Below are positions 57,363-64,000 of a stretch of 64,000 nt of DNA, piece after piece. The position numbers were made by a program, and so were the translations under genes. This DNA comes from Candidatus Woykebacteria bacterium (GTDB taxonomy: Bacteria; Patescibacteriota; Microgenomatia; Woykebacterales; RBG-16-39-9b). The stretch lies in the NCBI GenBank assembly GCA_040876265.1, contig JBBDPN010000001.1:310208-374207 (forward strand). The letters run 5' to 3'. Below the pieces are notes generated by a model. The model was not told the origin of the DNA. It did not search any database and saw nothing but the letters and a program-made list of their open reading frames with translations. How positions within the stretch are numbered: the stretch's first letter is position 1; every line of letters begins with the position of its first letter.

Positions 57363-58004
57363 TTAATTTCCCTCACCCCGAAAAACAGCTGGTATAGTTC
57401 TTACTAATAGAGCAAGATCGTACAATAGTGATTTATTTTTGGCGTATTCAGCATCCAGTCTTACCCGCTCTGGAAAGCCAATCTTACTTCTACCCGAAAC
57501 TTGCCAAGGACCGGTGATACCAGGTCTAACTGATAAAGCTTTTTCTACATTTTGCTTTGAACTGGGAAAATTTTTGAGCTGCTCTTGGATCTCATCATTA
57601 TGGAAAGCGCGAGGACCCACTAGACTCATCTCCCCTCTCAAAACGTTTATCAACTGTGGTAGCTCATCAATTGAAGTTTGTCTCAAAAATCTCCCAACTT
57701 TTGTTATCCTCGGGTCTTTTTCTGTGGGAATTTTGAAATTACTTGTCTTATAAGATTCGTAAAATCTTTTGAGCTGGGGATCCTCTCTTAAAAGAAGGTG
57801 AGCGTTTTTTATCATTGATCGAAATTTCAACATCTTAAAAACTTTCTGGTGCTTTCCAACCCGCTGCGGCGCGTCAGCAAAAACTGGTCCTGTCGAATTT
57901 AGCTTTATAGCAGCGGCAACAACCAAAAAAAGGGGTGATAATACAATAAGCCCAACTAAAGAAAGGGTGATATCAAGCACCCTCTTAATAAAGAAATACC
58001 ACAT
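57363..58004 (-). CDS. Polyprenyl-phosphate sugar (priming) transferase
   Basis: KRVLDI, KFRSM, DPRIT, DELPQL, GPR, PGITG.WQV. Confidence 0.93.
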   Translation of the reverse strand: MWYFFIKRVLDITLSLVGLIVLSPLFLVVAAAIKLNSTGPVFADAPQRVGKHQKVFKMLKFRSMIKNAHLLLREDPQLKRFYESYKTSNFKIPTEKDPRITKVGRFLRQTSIDELPQLINVLRGEMSLVGPRAFHNDEIQEQLKNFPSSKQNVEKALSVRPGITGPWQVSGRSKIGFPERVRLDAEYAKNKSLLYDLALLVRTIPAVFRGEGN

Positions 58005-58064
58005 AAAAATTATGTCAAGCCTGCTTGAAACAATCCAGCTTGATGGAGATTAAGTCCGATTATA

Positions 58065-59111
58065 TCACACAAACTTGTTAAGGTTTCTGCTTTTTAGTAT
58101 ATTAACCACCCTGCGCACTTCATTGGCCCGTTTTTTTCGTAAAATAAGAAGGGCGTCTTTTGTATTTATAATTGCCAAATCTGAAACACCTAAAGTCACC
58201 ACCAAACCATCTTCAGAAAAAATAAGGGATTTTTTTGAGTCTAAATCAATTACTTTCCCTTTTTTAACGTTCCCACCTTTTTTGTTTAAAAGATCAAATA
58301 GGGTCTCCCAATCTCCAACATCGTACCAGCGAAAGTCTCCTACCACCATAAGTATGTTTTCTGCTTTTTCAAGTACGGCTGTGTCAATTGGATCTGCCGG
58401 TAATTTCTGCCAATCACCTCTTTTATTACTAGAAAGTGCTTTAAGCAACTCAGGAAAATATTTTTCTAGCGCAGAAAAAAACACGGAGGCTCTGTATGAA
58501 TTGATATTGGCATTCCAATAATATTTACCTCCAGAAAAGTATTTTTTGGCGGTTTTTAGATCTGGCTTCTCCTTAAAGAGCTCGACTTCAAAAACTCCCT
58601 TGGATCCTATTTTTAATTTTTCATTGCCAGCCAAAATATAACCCCTACTGGTATCCGGGTGGTCTGGTTTGATACCCATCGTCACAATGTAATTTCTAGA
58701 GGCAGCGGTCTCTATAGAGGCGAGTAGGGTTTTTGCAAATTTCTTTTCATCTGGAATATAATGGTCTGAAGCGAAAGTTGAGACTGTAGCGTCGGGGTTT
58801 GATCTACTGATGTGTCTCACCGCCAATCCAGCCGCAGCGGCCGTACTTTTTGACTCTGGTTCGATAAGAATATTTTGCTTCGGTAAATTTGGTATTTCCT
58901 TTCTTATTTCAGCTACGAAATCTTTTGAAGTAACCAGATAAATATTACTTACAGGAAAAATTTTCTTTACCCGATCAAAGGTTTCTTGTAGTAAAGTCTT
59001 ATTATTAAAAAGTCTTAAAAACTGCTTTGGTTTATTTTTACGAGATAGGGGCCACAGTCTAGTACCACCACCTCCAGCCAAAATTACTGCGTATTTTTCT
59101 GATTTTGCCAT
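58065..59111 (-). CDS. manC: Mannose-1-phosphate guanylyltransferase
   Basis: LAGGGGTRLWPLSR..PKQF, SDH, EKP, W.DVGDW. Confidence 0.92.
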   Translation of the reverse strand: MAKSEKYAVILAGGGGTRLWPLSRKNKPKQFLRLFNNKTLLQETFDRVKKIFPVSNIYLVTSKDFVAEIRKEIPNLPKQNILIEPESKSTAAAAGLAVRHISRSNPDATVSTFASDHYIPDEKKFAKTLLASIETAASRNYIVTMGIKPDHPDTSRGYILAGNEKLKIGSKGVFEVELFKEKPDLKTAKKYFSGGKYYWNANINSYRASVFFSALEKYFPELLKALSSNKRGDWQKLPADPIDTAVLEKAENILMVVGDFRWYDVGDWETLFDLLNKKGGNVKKGKVIDLDSKKSLIFSEDGLVVTLGVSDLAIINTKDALLILRKKRANEVRRVVNILKSRNLNKFV

Positions 59112-60235
59112 GCTTCCTCAACAAAAAATTTTATCAGCCGCTTAAAATTTTCGCTAGAAAATTTTTCGGCCTGCTTTCTACAGGCTGTCGGTTCATAATT
59201 TTCTAGTTTGAATTTTTTTAGCGTATTTATTATAGCACTTGGGGTTTGCTCATCAAAAAATTCTCCGGTTACTCCTTCCACCACAGTCTCGGTAGCACCG
59301 CCTTTACGAAAGGCAATTACCGGCTTACCAGTGGCCATAGCCTCCACCGGTACGATACCAAAATCTTCATAGGTAGGAAAAATCAAAGCCTTACAGTTTT
59401 GCAATAGCTGGATCTTTTCTTTTTCGGGAACCCGACCAAAGAAAACTATATTTGATTTTGCGAGGGACTTTAAATACGGTAGCTGTGGGCCATCTCCTAC
59501 TATTTTCAACGGTAATTTCAGCTTGTTAAACGCTTCGACAACAATATCAATTCTTTTATAGTCTCCAAGCCTAGAAACAACCAAAAAATATTTATCTTGC
59601 TGATTACTGATCCCCGATCCCCGATCACTAAGGTTAACGAAACGAGCGGTATCAACTGGTGGATAAATAACTACTGAATCTCGGTTATAATGTTTTTTTA
59701 TTCTTTTCTGCACTTCCCTAGAATTGGCAATAAAAAAATCCACTTTTTGGGCAGCAGCGTAATCTGCCTTTTTCAGCTTTCCTTTCAAACCTGGAAGAAT
59801 TTTCTTGTAAAGTGGATCTAATAGTCGGTCCAAACCAAAAACTATTGGTTCTGTGAGTTCGGTATCGTAGCCCCACAAAAATCTTGGCACCGTGTGGAGA
59901 TAACAAATATGAGTAGCTCTTCCTTTGCTTATAAACTTTGCTGCAAACGTAGATGAGGAGATAACGATATCTGCGTCAATATCTATCCGTTTGAACAGCT
60001 CTGGGTAAAACGGGACAAAGTGTTTGTAAAACTTAAAACTAAAAGGAATTTTCGATAGCAAAGGAGTTCTTATATTTTCAGGATCGATTTTTAGTAAGCC
60101 CAGAACGTTTTTATCGACAAAAGAAGTGTAGATAGGGGACTGGCGCCAAATTTCGTGAAAAGCCTCCAATACTCTTTCCGCCCCACCATATTGGACCAGG
60201 TAGTCAGGTGCTATGACAATTTTCGGTTTGAACAT
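59084..60235 (-). CDS. GT4 glycosyltransferase
   Basis: GGAERV, VIYPPVD, KRID, EDFGIVPVEAMA. Confidence 0.92.
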   Translation of the reverse strand: MFKPKIVIAPDYLVQYGGAERVLEAFHEIWRQSPIYTSFVDKNVLGLLKIDPENIRTPLLSKIPFSFKFYKHFVPFYPELFKRIDIDADIVISSSTFAAKFISKGRATHICYLHTVPRFLWGYDTELTEPIVFGLDRLLDPLYKKILPGLKGKLKKADYAAAQKVDFFIANSREVQKRIKKHYNRDSVVIYPPVDTARFVNLSDRGSGISNQQDKYFLVVSRLGDYKRIDIVVEAFNKLKLPLKIVGDGPQLPYLKSLAKSNIVFFGRVPEKEKIQLLQNCKALIFPTYEDFGIVPVEAMATGKPVIAFRKGGATETVVEGVTGEFFDEQTPSAIINTLKKFKLENYEPTACRKQAEKFSSENFKRLIKFFVEEAWQNQKNTQ

Positions 60236-60298
60236 GAGGCTAATTATATCTCGCTAGAGAAATAAGCGCGAGATGTAATCTCAAATCAGCTGAATTTA

Positions 60299-62608
60299 TT
60301 AGGGGATTTGGAGAGTTGCTTGGAGTAAGCCATAACGATAAATATTGTCCACTCCTCTCCTTCCCAGATCTCTGGTCGACCGTAGTAATGTTCTTTCTAT
60401 AAGACTATTGGTCCCTACCCCTCTGGAGGCAGCTAAAGCGGCGACGGCAGAGACATGAGAAGCTGCCAAGGAAGTACCAGACATATATAAATACTTGAAA
60501 TTGGAATAATTATTTCCTACCGCGCTGATGGTTGGTAAGTAGAGGCCATCCTTTTTACCGTCTCTATTTTGATCCACCCTAGTATCTCCTCCTGGCGCAA
60601 AAAGGTCGATCCAACTTCCATAATTAGAGTAATAGGCTCGGGAATTATCAAATCTCGTGGCACCCACACCAAGAACATATCCTGTCGCCGCTGGGTAAAA
60701 AGGTTTTGCACTACTATTATTACCCGCAGCCGCTACCACCACTGCTCCCTTGGAATAAGCCGAGGAAATACGACGGCCCAATATATAGGAATTTTCCGGG
60801 CCGCCGAAAGAGAAGTTTATCACCCTCGCCCCCCTAGCGGTTGCCCAAGATATACCTTTGGCAATATCACTATCGATACCGAACCCGTTTTTGTTCAAAA
60901 CCTTTATGGGTAAGATGGTAACGGCCGGAGCGATTGATGCGTTGGCCAGGGAGTTATTGGTCGAAGCGGCTATGATGCTAACCACCGCTGTGCCATGCCC
61001 ATTGTCGTCGTTTGCGTGAGCGTCACCGTTTACAAAATCGTAAGCGTTGGCGCTATCGAAACTAGTATTTCCAAAATCTGGTAGCTGTGAATAGCTACCG
61101 CTACCGTCGACGTAGTTTTCGTAAGCTACGCCCGTATCTAGCACGGCCACCTTGACTCCTGATGACCCAAGTGAAGAACGCCAAGCCTGGTCTTGTTTAA
61201 TTTTAGTCAGATACCATTGTGAATTAAAAAGAGGGTCATCCGGCACGGCTGGATCGTCAGGAAAATCTACCTGTTTCCTTATGTAGTTGGGTTGGACCAA
61301 AGCTATGGTACTAGATCTTCTTAAGTCTCGCAGTACATCTGTCGCAAGTCTATTTTTGCTAAAAGCTACCCGCTTTAGCGAACCATTTTTATAAAGTGCC
61401 AAAACTTCCAAAGGCATTTGCCTGGCAAGTGTTCGCAACAGTGGTACAAAATTATTCAAATTTTTCCCGGCACATTCAGTATCACCTACATCACCATGGT
61501 TTGTAACGTTAGCAAAGGTATATTCATATCCTGGGGAACCAAACCGACTTCTCCCAGCCGGATCAAAACCGTGACTAGTAGATTTCCAAACTGCGATTTG
61601 CTGCAGTGCGTTTTTCGCTGCCTTAGTGGGGTAAGCAGTACGATAATCTCCAATCACCGCGACTCCGACGCTGCCGTAGTTGTAGTGATATACGTGACCA
61701 CCAACGACGCCGTCTCCTCCGTACCTTCCTTCATAAATATTACCTTTGGAGTCCGCCAGATAGTTATAGCCAATATCACCCCACTTTCTAACCACCGAGT
61801 GAAAATAATAAATTGCTCTTACTGTAGCGGCAGGGTTGCTGCCAGCATTGAGCGTAACCGTGTGGTGAACAAACATTTTTTTGATTTTTCGGTACTCTGG
61901 ACCCCACCTCATTAGCTTTGGATCGGCCCCCCAACGCGAACGAGAAATTATGTTCGGTCGATCAGTAGGTTTCCTACTGGTCGTTGCCGCAAAAGATCCT
62001 TTCACAATGTTTGGAGCAACCGCTACTTTTTCATGTAAATTACGCCAAAATTTTTCCCAAAAACTCTCCTCCGAATCTATATAGATTAATTTGATTTTCT
62101 CCACCGTCCCCTCGTTTTTAGGATCTGTCAAGACCCGAAGACGATATTTGATAAAGTTACCTTCGGCCACGATGAGGTTACTAAAATTTTCACCTTCGGC
62201 TGGCGGCTCTTTTCCATCGCTGTCGGGATCTTTCTCTGCATTTTTCCACCCAGACCAGATCCTACCTTCATCGGAGGTACTGACTTGCACTGTCACCTCA
62301 CTTTCCTCATCCAAACTTTCTTTCCAGTTGACGACAATAGCGTTATAACCAAAGGCAGTTTTACGGGCAGGGAATTCTTTTACTATTTCCACCTTATTAG
62401 TTGTTCCAAGAATGTTAGAACCGGTTCTATCGGCAAGAGCACCAAGATCTTCTTTCGGTAGAGAGGATTCCAAACTATCTGCTCGTATTTTGACTGGTTT
62501 TGGCTTGGTCAAGTGGAAAACGAAGATAATAGATGCAAAAAAAATCAAGATGGCAAGGATAGCTAAAGTTGTAGTCGTAAGAAAGTAATTAACCCTTAAA
62601 AACCTCAT
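60299..62608 (-). CDS. Membrane-anchored N-acetylmuramoyl-L-Ala amidase (Amidase_2/PGRP) fused to an S8 subtilase
   Basis: ISRSRWGA, VHHT, WGDIGYNY, HGDVGDTEC; then VLDTG, HGT, AAAGN, SGTSLA. Confidence 0.88.
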   Translation of the reverse strand: MRFLRVNYFLTTTTLAILAILIFFASIIFVFHLTKPKPVKIRADSLESSLPKEDLGALADRTGSNILGTTNKVEIVKEFPARKTAFGYNAIVVNWKESLDEESEVTVQVSTSDEGRIWSGWKNAEKDPDSDGKEPPAEGENFSNLIVAEGNFIKYRLRVLTDPKNEGTVEKIKLIYIDSEESFWEKFWRNLHEKVAVAPNIVKGSFAATTSRKPTDRPNIISRSRWGADPKLMRWGPEYRKIKKMFVHHTVTLNAGSNPAATVRAIYYFHSVVRKWGDIGYNYLADSKGNIYEGRYGGDGVVGGHVYHYNYGSVGVAVIGDYRTAYPTKAAKNALQQIAVWKSTSHGFDPAGRSRFGSPGYEYTFANVTNHGDVGDTECAGKNLNNFVPLLRTLARQMPLEVLALYKNGSLKRVAFSKNRLATDVLRDLRRSSTIALVQPNYIRKQVDFPDDPAVPDDPLFNSQWYLTKIKQDQAWRSSLGSSGVKVAVLDTGVAYENYVDGSGSYSQLPDFGNTSFDSANAYDFVNGDAHANDDNGHGTAVVSIIAASTNNSLANASIAPAVTILPIKVLNKNGFGIDSDIAKGISWATARGARVINFSFGGPENSYILGRRISSAYSKGAVVVAAAGNNSSAKPFYPAATGYVLGVGATRFDNSRAYYSNYGSWIDLFAPGGDTRVDQNRDGKKDGLYLPTISAVGNNYSNFKYLYMSGTSLAASHVSAVAALAASRGVGTNSLIERTLLRSTRDLGRRGVDNIYRYGLLQATLQIP

Positions 62609-62910
62609 TACACTCTAGGTTAAACCAAAACAACCTAGCTTTCAAGTTCGTCTCCTATCAACCATGGTAAGGCTTCTTCTACACCGCCATATTGGACCTA
62701 GTAGTCGTGGACTATGACTATCTTTGGTTGTCGTAACATCGACTAGATTATAGCAGCCTATTAATTTTTATATGATTTTAGCCAAAACTGGTTGTGTTTT
62801 AAGTTCGAAACAAATGAAATCGCTTTTGTCAAGTTGCAAAGCTGTTTATAATTCGATTATTATAAGTCCACCTTATTCTGTCCTCAACCGTAACTAGCCT
62901 GTAAATTGAA

Positions 62911-64000
62911 ATGAATATATTATTTGTATTGAACAATAGCATAAATTATGGCGGCTCAGAGCGGTATGTGAATACCCTTAGCAGTGCATTTGTAGAAAAG
63001 GGACACAAGGTTGTTGTCATATCCACCAAAGGACCTTTAGTGGATTATTTGGATGAAAGGGTCATTCACGAAGAGATAGACCCTGTCCTCATTCCTACAG
63101 AAGTAGACTTAGTGAAAATTGCTACTGTTATAAAAAAAGCCTGCAAAAAGTACCAAATAGATGTAGTCCACTGCAATTCCCTGGTTGATTTCAGGGCGGC
63201 AATTTTAATAAAGAAGGAAATTAATTTACCATTTATTTATACGGCCCACCTGGTTGAGGAGCTGGTAGGGTTCCCAATTCTGGGGTCGGAATTCAATTTG
63301 GCTGCTGATAGAGTAATTACTGTCTCAAATTTTATTAAACACCACCTAATAAATACTGGCCTATCTACAAAAAAAATCAGCCAAATTTATCATGGTGTAG
63401 ATACACACAAATTTAATGGAGGGACCGCAAGCCAAGCGTTGAAAACTTCTCTGGGGATAAAAAACGGGGAAAAAATTCTCATGTCGGTTTCTAGGCTCTA
63501 TCCTATAAAAGGCATCAATTTTGCTATAGAGGCCCTAAAACTTGTACTCAAGGGGAGAAACAACATAAAAATAGTTTTTGTTGGCGAAGGTCCTTATAAA
63601 GATGAATACAAGAACTTGGCGGTTAAATTAGGCGTAGAGGATAACGTTTTGTTTCTAGGGCGACATAAAAATGTTGAAGAACTTCTCAGTTTGGCAGACA
63701 TATTTTGCCTTCCATCCTTAATGGAGTCTTTGTCATTCGCAATCCTTGAGGCAATGTCCAAAGGCAAACCTGTGGTAGCGACTAAAGTTGGCGGAATACC
63801 AGAAGTGGTAAGTGACAAGGAAACCGGTTTACTAGTATCAAGTGGTAATACAAAAGAGCTTGCAGAGGCTATAAATAAATTACTGGGAGACCCAGAACTT
63901 GCTCGACGCCTATCCAGAAACGGGAAAGAGCGGGTAAAAGATCTTTTTCGGGTGGAGAGAATGGTAGAGGAAACACTTTTCGCTTACGAAAGAGTGTTGA
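62911..64000 (+). CDS. GT4 glycosyltransferase; 3' end runs off the window
   Basis: Manual translation MNILFVLNNSINYGGSERY..KGINF..ESLSFAILEAMSKGKPVVATKVGGIPEV; absent from the ORF track. Confidence 0.9.
   Translation, partial: MNILFVLNNSINYGGSERYVNTLSSAFVEKGHKVVVISTKGPLVDYLDERVIHEEIDPVLIPTEVDLVKIATVIKKACKKYQIDVVHCNSLVDFRAAILIKKEINLPFIYTAHLVEELVGFPILGSEFNLAADRVITVSNFIKHHLINTGLSTKKISQIYHGVDTHKFNGGTASQALKTSLGIKNGEKILMSVSRLYPIKGINFAIEALKLVLKGRNNIKIVFVGEGPYKDEYKNLAVKLGVEDNVLFLGRHKNVEELLSLADIFCLPSLMESLSFAILEAMSKGKPVVATKVGGIPEVVSDKETGLLVSSGNTKELAEAINKLLGDPELARRLSRNGKERVKDLFRVERMVEETLFAYERVL

Noticed and set aside
62650-62760. Structured RNA between the amidase and GT4 genes
   Set aside because: Only short hairpins (TAGTCGT/ATGACTA) with no clear promoter-terminator pair.

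Overview
Chromosomal housekeeping region of a bacterium using genetic code 11. It is most likely a Patescibacteria/CPR member of the Microgenomates type; this is an inference from gene content (split GlmU, DUF4012, homodimeric GlyRS, patchy nucleotide synthesis, KGG stress protein, short leaders). Most genes lie on the minus strand. In order: a PolA lacking the 5'-nuclease domain, gatCAB with an inserted nuclease-like gene, htpX/lemA, polX, pyrEF, tRNA-Asp/Gly/Thr, LysM and surface-polysaccharide genes, purM, guaB, tRNA-Val, lepB, parB-rpmA-rplU, rodA, ileS, pyrG, an extended dcw cluster (mraZ to ftsZ, with murI, Fem, transglutaminase, murA/B/C, pgeF), a three-gene ATP-citrate-lyase operon, glyS-recO, EPS genes and an amidase-subtilase fusion. 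No transposase, prophage or CRISPR-Cas was seen. The most unusual signals are small and non-coding. (1) An intact tRNA-Val(CAC) sits inside the anticodon loop of a second, degenerate tRNA-Val(CAC). (2) Two synonymous-variant copies of the htpX N-terminus are arrayed upstream of htpX at a ~72-nt period. (3) A synonymous-variant copy of the ftsZ C-terminal peptide lies behind a palindromic element. Together these suggest repeated gene-terminus-replacing insertions. There are also several candidate regulatory RNAs and in-frame repeat insertions in proteins. All calls come from manual reading of the sequence; no searches were run.
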